Below are positions 1 to 11,662 of a stretch of 35,345 nucleotides of DNA, one piece after another (positions within the stretch are counted from its first letter, which is position 1; every line of letters begins with the position of its first letter). The stretch spans positions 1 through 35,345 of the forward strand of contig JAUCBJ010006664.1 of NCBI GenBank assembly GCA_032718475.1. Reading direction: 5' to 3'. The notes under the pieces are model-generated. The model saw nothing but the letters and a program-made list of their open reading frames with translations. It was not told where the DNA came from and ran no database searches. The translations under genes and the position numbers were made by a program. Source of the DNA: Nemertoderma westbladi (lineage: Eukaryota; Animalia; Xenacoelomorpha).

Positions 1-523
1 CACCAGTATCTCCTTTCCTCCTGACTCCGCCTTTCTCTTTCTGATCAACTTACTCGCCATTCCGAACGTTCACTCGCTCACCTGCAAGGTGGTGCCTTAC
101 CAAGGCGCAATACAGATGAGTGATGTATCTAGGATGTTCTATACAGTTCGATAATGGCCTACTTCCTACTTAACTGCGCCTTTTAACCTAAATTATTCCT
201 AATTAATTTTGAAGCTAGTAAATACACCCTAATTTCGATTTCTGTCCGTTACTTTTATTATGTTCCAGAATAACTTCCCTTGTGTTGCCACTATTCTACA
301 ATTTTTAGCCCTATTTTATTTATTTTTCTATTTACTTTGATTCTACTGTCCTACTACTTACTACTGCCTATGGATTATTCTATTCTCTAATCCACATTCT
401 GGCCTACTCTGTGGGTCTATGCAGTACAGCAGTATACGTCGTGTGGCCACACGATTTACCCAGCTGTACTCATATGCCCCCTTCTCGCTACTAACGCTAC
501 TTACTGCTAACTAATATCTATAT

Positions 524-531
524 CTTATATA
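524..531 (-). promoter_or_regulatory. Candidate LTR TATA box
   Basis: GGGTATATAAG on the minus strand, just downstream of the repeat array and about 200 bp upstream of AATAAA. Confidence 0.45.
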
Positions 532-546
532 CCCTTCTACCTCTTA

Positions 547-1160
547 CTCTCTCTCTCTCTAACTAATGGTACTACGTACCCTCTAACTCTAACTCTAACT
601 AACGGTACTACGTACCCTCTAACTCTCTAACTATCGGTACTACGTACCCTCTAACTCTCTAACTATCGGTACTACGTACCCTCTAACTCTCTAATTACCG
701 GTACTACGTACCCTCTAACTCTCTAACTATCTATTGGTACTACGTACCCTCTAACTCTCTAACTATCGGTACTACGTACCCTCTAACTGACTCTCTAACT
801 AGGTACTACGTACCTACTAACTCTCTAACTAGGTACTACGTACCTACTAACTCTCTAACTAGGTACTACGTACCTACTAACTCTCTAACTAACTCTAGGT
901 ACTACGTACCTATTAACTAACTAACTAACTCTAGGTACTACGTACCTACTGACTAACTAGGTACAACGTACCTTCTGCCTCTCTAACTAGGTACTACGTA
1001 CCTACTAATTCTCTAACGAGGTACTACGTACTTACTAACTCTCTAACTAACTCTAGGTACTACGTACCTATTAACTAACTAACTAACTCTAGGTACTACG
1101 TACCTACTGACTAACTAGGTACAACGTACCTTCTGCCTACTAACTGCGTACCTACTATGT
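547..1160. repeat. Tandem array of about 18 palindromic GGTACTACGTACC units with CTAACT-rich linkers (period about 26-37 bp)
   Basis: Directly visible; includes an internal ~100-bp duplication (881-980 vs 1039-1138). Confidence 0.95.
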
Positions 1161-1223
1161 ACTATTATTTATTTTTATTTTATTTTGCAAATTTTATATG
1201 TGGGAAGGGCGTCTCGCCCTCAA

Positions 1224-1236
1224 TCCCACCCCCCTC
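1224..1236 (-). other. Polypurine tract of the BEL/Pao element
   Basis: Minus strand reads GAGGGGGGTGGGA-T-TG, about 40 bp after the pol stop codon. Confidence 0.75.
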
Positions 1237-1278
1237 AGTCCAAAACTTGGACGACTAAACAACGCACTAACTCCACTT

Positions 1279-3865
1279 CTAAGGTGCCCCTTCTAGAAGA
1301 CAGCATTTCCCTACAGCTCTCCTGTAAGTTTTTCTGTCCTTCGCACCTATCTTTCCACCTATTCGCACTTCTACCGATCGGACTCTTCCGTCCTCGTCGG
1401 AGTAGGTGCCTACAACTCTCGCCAACCGCCATTGGTTGTTGATGATAGTATCATCCGTGACGATTACGAGATCTCCCTCTCTTAACTCCCTGTTCGGCTT
1501 CCTCCACTTGCTTCGCTTATGGAGCGTGGGTAGGTATTCCTCGACCCACCTCCTCCAATACTCTGCGCTTATTGCTTTAGCGACTTTCCAACTTTGGCGG
1601 GAGTGTATGTCATCTGGGTCTACACCCCGCATATCGATGGTCGCTGGCCTTTCCATCAGGAAATGGCTAGGCGTCAGCACGTCTAACGACTCAGGGTCAT
1701 CATTCTCCGGATATAGCGGTCTGCTATTAATGATCCCCTCGCACTTCGCAAGTACTGTCCGTAAAACGTCCTCAGTGACCATGTGGGTGTTCATTAGCTT
1801 CGTCATTAGACGCTTTGAACTGCCCACCAGTCTCTCGACGCATCCTAGTGTATGTGGTGCATACGGCGTCCGTCTCTCCCACTTTACTTGACGTCTCCTC
1901 ATGGCTGCCTTGACTTCTTCCCCCTCCAAGATGTCCAGGGCCTCTGCCATCTCACTCTCTGCACCCACAAAGTTGGTGCCGTTGTCGCTGTATATCACTG
2001 CGATCGTCCCACCTTTGCGGTCCCTAAACCTTTCTAAGGCGTTAATGAACGCTGATGCGGTTGCATCTTGGGCGAGTTCTATCCCTACCGCCCGCGTATT
2101 GTTGCATACGAAGATAATACCGTAGCGTTTCTCCGTGTGTCGCATCACCTTGATCTTTATCGGCCCGAACATGTCCACACCGCAATGCGTAAATGGCGGG
2201 TCGTGCTGTCTTACCCTACTCGCCGGTAGTGGCGCCATCTCCTGTATGGCTCGCTCCTTCTTCGCCCGTCGGCAGGTCTGGCACTGCCCCACTACCGCTT
2301 TAACCTTCTTCCTTAATTGTTTGACCCAATAGGTCCTCCTTATCTCTGTGAGGGTTCGGTTGGTGCCCCCATGCAATATCGATTTGTGGGAGTCCCATAT
2401 AATCTGGTGGACTATTGGCGATCCTGTAGGAATGATGATGGGTTTCGGTGGTACCACTATGCTGTTGTTGTATCCCACCCTAGAATTCATTACTAGAATC
2501 CCGTCGTCATTGAGTTGTGGCGACAGCGTTATCAGCTCGCTGTCCCGTCGGAGGTGCTGTTGGTTACCGACGCGTTCCACCTCGTCGCCGTAGTTCTTCC
2601 GTTGTTCATAGCGGATCACTGCCTTGGCCGCTCCCTCCAGATCTATGGTTGTCCTGATTTTCTTGTCCTTGCCGACTCCCGCAAGGAAATTCCCAAAGGC
2701 TCTCCAATACGCCACTAGTTTCTTGGTCTTATACCAACTAGAACTGTAGCTGAGGAGTTTATCCGTTGGGTTATCGCACAGTTCCCTTCCTGGTTGCATG
2801 TCCCTAATCTCCCTCACCATCTGGGAGTATATCTCTTCTCCCTCTGAATCTCCCTCTTCTCCTTCTGATACTACTTCCGAGCCCGGGTCCACCTTCCTCA
2901 TCGGCGGCCAGGCCTCCCTATCGCTTAGAAATTGTGGCCCATGTTGCCACAATACTTCCTTCTTCAGGAAAGTGTGGCGTTCCACGCCCCTCGACAGCAA
3001 GTCCGCTGGGTTCTCGTCTGTTGGGCAGTAGTGCCACCTTTCCAGTTCCGTGCTCGCCCTTATTTCGTCCACTCTATTCGCGACGAATATCGGGTATCTC
3101 GTCTTTTCGTTGTGTAGCCAACCAAGCACTACCATGGAGTCCGTCCAGTAGTGTGTCTCCACTATGTTGGGAATAGTATCGACTAGGTAGGCTGTGGCTC
3201 TTACTCCTAGTCTCGCAGCTGTCAATTCTAACTTGGGAACAGATGCTGAATCTGGCGGCGTTGACTTTGCTTTGCTAAAGGCTAGCCTTGGCTTATGAGC
3301 CCCCTCTCGTTGTACTAAGTAGAGTGCCGCTCCGTACGCTTCCAACGACGCGTCGGAGAACATGTGTAGGTCCAGATTTGTCATGTTCCCATCCGGGAAA
3401 TACACCCTCGGCATGTTGTATGTTCCCATCTTCTCCAAGTTTCCTGTCCACTTGCTCCACTGTCTCTTGATTTCCTCTGGTACCTCTACGTCCCACTCAT
3501 CTTTCAATTTGTATACTCTCTTGAGTATCTGTTTCCCCGTGACTAATAATGGGGATGCTAGGCCTAGGGGATCGTATATCCTTGCTATATACGATACATA
3601 GCCCCTCTTCGTGTGGATGTCTGCGCCCTCCTGGCTCAGCTGATACTTCAGTTCGTCTGTCTTTCTATCCCACACGATTCCCAATGCCTTCTGCTGAGAT
3701 TCTGTTCTCTTAATCGCCATGTCCTGCCCTCTGGCTGTTGTGGGGTTATCCATGGTCGATTCTGGTTTCCTGTCCTCTATGGCTTTGATAAATTCTTCCG
3801 AACTGGATTGGAATTTGGTCAGGTTAAAGCCGGATCCTTTTAGGATGTCGCGCGCCCTGTAATAG
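1279..3865 (-). CDS. pol: BEL/Pao Pol fragment: end of RT, Pao RNase H region, HHCC zinc finger, DDE integrase, C-terminal DUF5641-like domain
   Basis: Motifs LGIVWD, IYDPLGLASP, LHMFSDASLEAYGA, VPKLELTAA, YWTDSMVVLGW, FVANRV, WHYCPTDENPADLLSRG, H-x4-H...CQTC, GVDMFGP, SDNGTNF, VERLV, YWRRWVEEYL. About 860 codons without a stop. The ORF-track start at 3888 is probably flanking DNA. Confidence 0.95.
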
Positions 3866-4175
3866 ACAATTACTTTCATTGAATCCAAGGCAAGAGTTTG
3901 TGTTGTATTCTGTGAAAGGAGCTATCAGCTGGGTAAAATGTTATTTGCCTAATGGTCAGAGAGAGAGATCCCACTCTGTAACTTGGCAATTATTGCTTAA
4001 ATCCATTCAGCTGAATGGCACTGTAGAGATTTGATTCTGGGTTACAACTAATTAGCAATCAATGACAAATTCTCGTTGATTTGCACACCGACGTGTAATA
4101 ATTGGCTGAAGTGTGTTCGAGAGCAATGGATATTGAGCTCAACTTAACCGACAAGGTGGGGATGGTAGAGGAGGA

Positions 4176-4201
4176 GGGGGGGGGGGGGGGGGGGGGGGGG
4201 G
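4176..4201 (+). repeat. Poly-G tract
   Basis: Homopolymer run of about 26 G. Confidence 0.9.
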
Positions 4202-4389
4202 TTCCGTACACTAAAAGTTCTTAAAAATATTTTAAGTTTATTTTTAATTGTATTGCTAGCTACATCAGTTCTTAGTATGGTGACTTAGTTATGATGTCGT
4301 GTTATGGTGATCATCTGTATTGTAGTGGGGGGGAGTGGGGCTGTGCTCGTATAATACTACTGGTATTTACGCTACTTCCTGACGAAGGG

Positions 4390-4935
4390 GTTGTACTTAA
4401 GATTTTATATTTTTTAATTTTTAATATATTATCCGGGTCATGCTTATAATTTAGTAAGAAGATAATTTTTGAAATTTTTTGAAAAGCTTAATTTAGATTT
4501 ATTGCATTTTATAGAACTTGGGATTTTATTCCAAATAGAAGGGCCCTGAAAACTCAAAGATTGCTGGATTGATGTTAGTCTGACTAGTGGTGGACGGTAG
4601 TTGTCCTGAGTAGATGAGCGGGTAGAATAGTTGTGGATAGAGGAGACCTTATTGAAACGAAGGGCGATAGTAGATGTTGGTTTAATAGATTTAGAATTAA
4701 TTTCGTGCATAAATAGGCCTACTTGGTGCTTATATAGAGAGTCGAGAGGTAGAATGCCTAAAGATTTATATAGAGGAGCTGAAGAAGATTGATAATGGCT
4801 GAAAGTTATGTATCTAATGAGATCATTAATTTTAATACGTAGAGGTTTTAGAGTAGAATTATATGTACCTCCCCAAAGTAGAATACCATAGTGCAGATAG
4901 GGATGAATTAAAGAGAAATAGAGTAGACGGAGACC
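4390..4935 (-). mobile_element. 5'-truncated CR1/L2-group LINE, ORF2 C-terminal fragment
   Basis: LYFSLIHPYLHYGILLWG...SAPLYKSLGILPL...HNYSTR...SFQGPSIWNKIP..IK...SFSKNFKNYL matches the typical post-RT C-terminus of this group. Stop at 4444 is followed by an A-rich stretch. The N-terminal ~30 aa of the ORF-track call look unrelated. Confidence 0.85.
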
Positions 4936-5341
4936 ACCAAACAAATTCTCGTAACGTTTCACCGGAGTGTTTAGGCAGAGATAGCGCATAGAGATAGAGA
5001 TAGAGCTACGACAAACATACAACATTGACAACCATGTCTACATAATAAATAACTGGGAATACAGGCCTACTTATTACGGAAGCCCAGAAGGGCCATGTTG
5101 CGTACACACAAAATCTTTGAAATGATTGCATATTTTTTGTGTGTGCGCGACAGTAAAATTATCGTGTTTTATTTGTTGTCGTTTTATTTGTTGTTGTAAT
5201 TATCGAAGGAATATTTCTTGTGCGCGCGGGGGTTGTAGTCAATGGTTAGGCCTAAAATTATACACTATGGTAGGCTACAGCCTGATAGCCGAGCACTAAC
5301 TGCAAGAAATCACCATTTCAAATTCCCCTCCAAATTCACAC

Positions 5342-5344
<3 letters not shown>

Positions 5345-5372
<28 letters not shown>
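5345..5372 (+). repeat. (CA)n microsatellite, junction 1
   Basis: Directly visible; immediately precedes element A1. Confidence 0.95.
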
Positions 5373-6481
5373 CCCTCTTTGTACAACCCCCATTCTGGGG
5401 ACCGTTATTTCTATCGGTCGGTTCTGGGGTCGATATTGATTCCCTTATAACTTCTTTATTCTTGGTTTAAATTAAATTATTTTGGCACCAATAGACTCAG
5501 GAGACCATTTTACGTTATTCTATTGTTTCAAAATTTATCAACTCTAAAGATTGCTAATTTGTTACTCATAGGTTGAACTGGGGTCCTCAAACATACACAT
5601 TTCTCTGGTGTGTTTAAGTTTTTGTCCAATCACGATCCGGTCCCCAGTGTGATTGAGCACATTTCAGGTAGAGTTTACACAATCATTAACTCTACCGAAT
5701 GTTAAACATCAAACAATGTGCTGCCGTGTCAGACGATATGTGATTGGATAACAAATAATGTTCTGGAATATTCTTGAGAAATAGAAAGGGTTCAATGGGC
5801 AGCCATAATCTTAAAATCCTTGTATTCGTAACTAACTCTGCAATATGATTTTGATGTGAGGAAACAATACGTAGATTTCATTTTTGCTACCAATTTTAAC
5901 TAAATATTTTAATATTTTTATTGCCATTTGTGATAATAATCAAAATAACCAATGAACTTGAAATAAATAATTAACTAAACCTAGAAACATTAATTTAATT
6001 TCGCAGTATGTAGTGCCTAATAGTATATTATTGACTAGGCCTACATGATGTTCGTAACATTAATACAGTCGATAATATAGTTTAATACTTTAATTCTGAA
6101 TTACTTAATATATAAGAAGAAAGCAATACATGTATTATTTCGTTTCTAAAATTTATATTTTAATAAGCGATTCATTTATTTCGTTCTGAATATTTAGAAA
6201 AAATGATGTTGATGTAGATTGCATTTTAGCTACAAATTCATTCCGACGACGTCCCCGGATTGTAAATCGTCCCCGGTTTGTCGTTGTGTATTCATGCAAT
6301 TGTCCCCGGTATGAATCAGGTACAACGTAATCCTGTGTAATCCGTATGTAATGTATATTTTTGAATACATATGATTGCATGAACATATCAAGTATGATAG
6401 GGTACTAAGCAAGTTAAATTCTTTAGTACTAAATACATTAAAATGAAAACATACGATACGTTGGCCTAGGTATTATTTTAA

Positions 6482-7902
6482 GGCCCCGGTAGCGCTACAT
6501 GGACATAATTTTTATATTGCCTTGTTAGAGCAACTTCTCATTGTCAGAAACGACCATAACTTTATATGAAGGTCAATGGAAGATTTGTAATTATGAATAA
6601 AATTAAAAAATTCAAATTTTTCAAAACTTTGGAAAAATATTACCAAATTTTTGTATAAAAATCCCAAAACCTTCAGCAGATTCAATCTTGAGTATTTTTC
6701 TTTCTAATTTTTAAAATCGTATCAAAAATGTATGCTCTTTCGATATCTCGAAGCAAAATATCGAAAATTAATTAACAATTGTTATTTTGGTGCTGTTTTT
6801 TGTTTTGTTTATTCTTTAATTTTGACAAATTAAAAATTATCAATATTTTATTCAATTTTGGCCATTTATTTCCATATTGGAATAAAACAATCAGAATTCG
6901 ATGTCGAGATATCTGAAGAGAGCACATCAGAGAACCCCTCTGAGCAAAATTTTTGAAAATTTATTGAAAATTGAATTGTATGAAGCTATTTTTATGCAAA
7001 AAAAATACCATTCCGAGATAATTGCCTTTAAAATTTGAAACTTCCCGCGCCAAAATTGTCTGTTAATATGTGAGAAAGTCTGTCAATATATATCTATCAA
7101 CAAGAAAGCATAAAACCATGCTAAGAATTTTGCTATGGGGGTTTTCCTGATCGCTGATTTAATTTTTGAGGACAGTTCTCAATTTTAATGAAATCTAGTT
7201 TGTCTGACAACATTGAGCTAAAAGTTTAGCTATAGGGGTTTTCCTGGTCGCAGAATTCATTTTCAGTATCAATATTAACATTTTTGATGACATCCAAATT
7301 GTCTGTTTGGCTGTCAGACTGTCGGTTATATTATGACAGACAAACTGACAGCATACAGACAGAACCAACGAGGCCAAATTTGATTAATGACATCAGAAAT
7401 GAAGCCACCGACCACGAAAACCCACACAGATAATTTTATTAGACAGATCGTATGTTTTTTATTGACGGTCAGGTCAGACATACTGACGGACAAACCGACA
7501 GTAAAACGGACAGACAGCAATATCTCGAGAAGAAGGACATATCTTGCTAAACGGTTGTCAAATTTGGAATCTTGATAAAAATCTGCTCTAGATGAAAGTA
7601 AAAAAATTTTCCTGTGCGGAGAGACGGCACCATTATATCATATACTTATGTGCCACCGCAACTCGAAATCCCTCAACCAGCTGGCGAACCACCACCTTCA
7701 CACTTGCACATGAGGCATCCACATAACTTTTAATTTATATTTATTGGTATATTTTTATTATTAAATATGATCTTAACCATTTTAACACTTGTGGCTTATA
7801 ACAGCAATTACCATATTTTGGTGTAATAAATAAATTTTTTTTTACATTTTCTTAATAAAGAAATTTTTTGCAAAAAATTATTGAAGTAGCGCTACCGGGG
7901 CC
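6482..7902. mobile_element. Kolobok-like non-autonomous DNA transposon nested in A1
   Basis: TIR GGCCCCGGTAGCGCTAC / GTAGCGCTACCGGGGCC, flanked by TTAA and GTAA (TTAA in the second copy). GG...CC termini with a TTAA TSD fit Kolobok rather than piggyBac. Confidence 0.75.
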
Positions 7903-8388
7903 GTAAGTGTTTTTCTATAATTATATCAACTTTGTACAGTTCTAGAAAAATTTCATAGGATTAAAAAGTTGAACTTTCTTGGTTATGCCTGGGATTCACA
8001 ATTTCAAGTTAAGTGCAAACAAGTTTCTATGTATAAAGTTGATATAATTGGAGAAAATTACAAACATACTTATAAGAAAGAAGCACTTTATAGCGTTATG
8101 ACATTTTATAACACTCGCTTCGTTCAGATAATAAACACACTCTGGCCGACCTCTAAAAAGTGCAACTTTTTACAAAGTGTATTTATTAATAGTAAATAAA
8201 ATCCATGTATAAAATAATTGTAAATACATGGATGCTAACGTGTTTATGGGGTTGAAAAGGAAGGAGAAAAGGTATTGAATACAAGAAGAAGAAGGAGGAA
8301 TAACACGGATGTTATCAAATCTTACCCAAAAAGAAGCAGAGCAACTAGAAGATTGGACAATAAAGCAGAGATACAGAGCGATATTGAA

Positions 8389-11300
8389 GGTTAAAGAAGT
8401 GGGTGGGGCAGGGTTGTCTGATTTTAAAGGAGTGAGTGGGACAGGGTTGTCGGAGGTTGAAGGAGTAGGGTGGGGCAGGGTTGTCTGATTTTAAAGGAGT
8501 GAGTGGGACAGGGTTGTCGGAGGTTGAAGGAGTAGGGTGGGGCAGGGTTGTCTGATTTTAAAGGAGTGAGTGGGACAGGGTTGTCGGAGGTTGAAGGAGT
8601 AGGGTGGGGCAGGGTTGTCGGAGGTTGAAGGAGTGGGTGGGGCGAGGTCGTTGGAGGTTAACGGAGTGGATGGGGCAGGGTTGTCGGAGGTTGAAGGAGT
8701 GGATGGAGCAGGGTCATTGGAGGTTAAAGAAGTGGATGGAGCAGGGTTGTCGGTGTTTAAAAGAGTGAGTGGGGCAGGGATGTCGGAGGTTGAAGGAGTG
8801 GATGGGGCAGGGTCATTGGAGTTTAAAGGAGTGGCTGGAGCAGGGTCAATGGAGTTTAAAGGAGGGGGTGGGGCAGGGTCGTCTGAGTTTAAAGGAGTGG
8901 ATGGGGCAGGGTTGTCGGAGTTTAAAAGAGTGAGTGGGGCAGGGTTGTCGGAGGTCGAAGGAGTGGGTGAAGCAGGCTCGTTGGAGGTTAACGGAGTGGA
9001 TGGGGCAGGGTCATTGTAGTTTAAAGGAGTGGCTGGAGCAGGGTCAATGGAGTTTAAAGGAGGGGGTGGGGCAGGGTCGTCTGAGTTTAAAGGAGTGGAT
9101 GGGGCAGGGTTGTCGGAGTTTAAAAGAGTGAGTGGGGCAGGGTTGTCGGAGGTCGAAGGAGTGGGTGAGGCAGGCTCGTTGGATGTTGAAGGAGTTGGTG
9201 GGGCAGGGTCATTGGAGTTTAAAGGAGTGAGTAGGACAGGGTTGTCGGAGTTGAAAGGAGTGGATGGGGCAGGGTCATTGGAGTTTAAAGGAGTGGCTGG
9301 AGCAGGGTCAATGGAGTTTAAAGGAGGGGGTGGGGCAGGGTCGTCTGAGTTTAAAGGAGTGAGTGGGGCAGGGTTGTCGGAGGTTGAAGGAGTGGGTGGG
9401 GCAGGGTCATTTGAGTTTAAAGGAGTGGGTGGGGCAGGGTCATTTGAGTTTAAAGGACTGAGTGGGGCTGGGTTGTCGGAGGTCGAAGGAGTGGGTGGGG
9501 CAGGGTCATTTGAGTTTAAAGGAGTGAGTGGGGCAGGGTTGTCGGAGTTTAAAGAAGTGGATGGGGCAGGGTCATTGGAGTTTAAAGGAGTGGGTGGGGT
9601 AGGGTTGTTGGAGTTTAAAGGAGTGGGTGGGGCAGGGTTGTCGGAGTTTTAAGGAGTGAGTGGAGCAGGGTTGTCGGAGGTCGAAGGAGTGGGTGGGGCA
9701 GGGTCATTGGAGTTTAAAGGAGTGAGAGGGGCAGGGTTGTCGGAGTTTAAAGGAGTGAGTGGGGCAGGGTTATCGGAGGTTGAAGGAGTGGGTGGGGCAG
9801 GGTCGTTGAAGGATGAAGGAGTGGGTGGGGCAGGGTCGTTGAAGGTTGAAGAAGTGGGTGGCGCAGGGTCGTTGAAGGTTGAAGGAGTGGGTGGGGCAGG
9901 GTTGTCGGAGTTTAAAGGAGTGAGTAGGACAGGGTTGTCGGAGTTTAAAGGAGTGGCTGGAGCAGGGTCAATGGAGTTTAAAGGAGGGGGTGGGGCAGGG
10001 TCGTCTGAGTTTAAAGGAGTGGATGGGGCAGGGTTGTCGGAGTTTAAAAGAGTGAGTGGGGCAGGGTTGTCGGAGGTCGAAGGAGTGGGTGAGGCAGGCT
10101 CGTTGGATGTTGAAGGAGTTGGTGGGGCAGGGTCATTGGAGTTTAAAGGAGTGAGTAGGACAGGGTTGTCGGAGTTGAAAGGAGTGGATGGGGCAGGGTC
10201 ATTGGAGTTTAAAGGAGTGGCTGGAGCAGGGTCAATGGAGTTTAAAGGAGGGGGTGGGGCAGGGTCGTCTGAGTTTAAAGGAGTGAGTGGGGCAGGGTTG
10301 TCGGAGGTTGAAGGAGTGGGTGGGGCAGGGTCATTTGAGTTTAAAGGAGTGGGTGGGGCAGGGTCATTTGAGTTTAAAGGACTGAGTGGGGCTGGGTTGT
10401 CGGAGGTCGAAGGAGTGGGTGGGGCAGGGTCATTTGAGTTTAAAGGAGTGAGTGGGGCAGGGTTGTCGGAGTTTAAAGAAGTGGATGGGGCAGGGTCATT
10501 GGAGTTTAAAGGAGTGGGTGGGGTAGGGTTGTTGGAGTTTAAAGGAGTGGGTGGGGCAGGGTTGTCGGAGTTTTAAGGAGTGAGTGGAGCAGGGTTGTCG
10601 GAGGTCGAAGGAGTGGGTGGGGCAGGGTCATTGGAGTTTAAAGGAGTGAGAGGGGCAGGGTTGTCGGAGTTTAAAGGAGTGAGTGGGGCAGGGTTATCGG
10701 AGGTTGAAGGAGTGGGTGGGGCAGGGTCGTTGAAGGATGAAGGAGTGGGTGGGGCAGGGTCGTTGAAGGTTGAAGAAGTGGGTGGCGCAGGGTCGTTGAA
10801 GGTTGAAGGAGTGGGTGGGGCAGGGTTGTCGGAGTTTAAAGGAGTGAGTAGGACAGGGTTGTCGGAGTTTAAAGGAGTGGATGGGGCAGGGTCATTGGAG
10901 TTTAAAGGAGTGGATGGGGCAGGGTTGTCGGAGTTTAAAAGAGTGAGTGGGGCAGGGTTGTCGGAGGTCGAAGGAGTGGGTGAAGCAGGCTCGTTGGAGG
11001 TTAACGGAGTGGATGGGGCAGGGTCATTGGAGTTTAAAGGAGTGGCTGGAGCAGGGTCAATGGAGTTTAAAGGAGGGGGTGGGGCAGGGTCGTCTGAGTT
11101 TAAAGGAGTGGATGGGGCAGGGTTGTCGGAGTTTAAAAGAGTGAGTGGGGCAGGGTTGTCGGAGGTCGAAGGAGTGGGTGAGGCAGGCTCGTTGGATGTT
11201 GAAGGAGTTGGTGGGGCAGGGTCATTGGAGTTTAAAGGAGTGAGTAGGACAGGGTTGTCGGAGTTGAAAGGAGTGGATGGGGCAGGGTCATTGGAGTTTA

Positions 11301-11630
11301 AAGGAGTGGCTGGAGCAGGGTCAATGGAGTTTAAAGGAGGGGGTGGGGCAGGGTCGTCTGAGTTTAAAGGAGTGAGTGGGGCAGGGTTGTCGGAGGTTGA
11401 AGGAGTGGGTGGGGCAGGGTCATTTGAGTTTAAAGGAGTGGGTGGGGCAGGGTCATTTGAGTTTAAAGGACTGAGTGGGGCTGGGTTGTCGGAGGTTGAA
11501 GGAGTGGGTGGGGCAGGGTCATTTGAGTTTAAAGGAGTGGGTGGGGCAGGGTCATTTGAGTTTAAAGGACTGAGTGGGGCTGGGTTGTCGGATGTTGAAG
11601 GAGTGGGTGGGGCAGGGTCGTTGGAGGAGG
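8389..11630 (+). repeat. 33-bp G-rich minisatellite (about 98 units) with 924-bp higher-order duplication
   Basis: Unit approximates GGGGCAGGGTTGTCGGAGTTTAAAGGAGTGAGT. ORFs at 9656 and 10580 are offset by 924 bp = 28 x 33. Confidence 0.95.
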
Positions 11631-11662
11631 ATAGGGTTTGGGGGCAAGGTTAACTGCATCTG

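Larger units (their letters stand above)
1..1222 (-). repeat. Probable 3' LTR; far end not identified, may extend past the window start
   Basis: Starts with TG right after the PPT. Contains a tandem array, then TATATAAG (524-531, minus), then AATAAA (315-324, minus), which is the U3-R-U5 order. No second LTR is present for confirmation. Confidence 0.65.
1..3865 (-). mobile_element. BEL/Pao LTR retrotransposon, 3' half (pol, PPT, 3' LTR); 5' part missing
   Basis: pol ORF with Pao-type motifs, followed on the minus strand by a polypurine tract and a TG start at 1222. Homology stops abruptly near 3865, so gag, protease and the RT catalytic core are absent. Confidence 0.93.

Noticed and set aside
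547-1160. CRISPR-like array of palindromic repeats
   Set aside because: The linkers are low-complexity and mutually similar rather than unique spacers; there are no cas genes and the context is a eukaryotic retrotransposon.
1185-3843. Many short plus-strand ORFs
   Set aside because: Antisense shadows of the BEL/Pao pol frame.
6482-7902. piggyBac assignment of the TTAA-flanked elements
   Set aside because: The termini begin GG rather than the pyrimidine (CC) ends typical of piggyBac.
8615-11653. Gly-rich structural protein genes (silk- or collagen-like ORFs)
   Set aside because: These are translations of the 33-bp minisatellite, broken by copied stops, with no signal peptide or true start.
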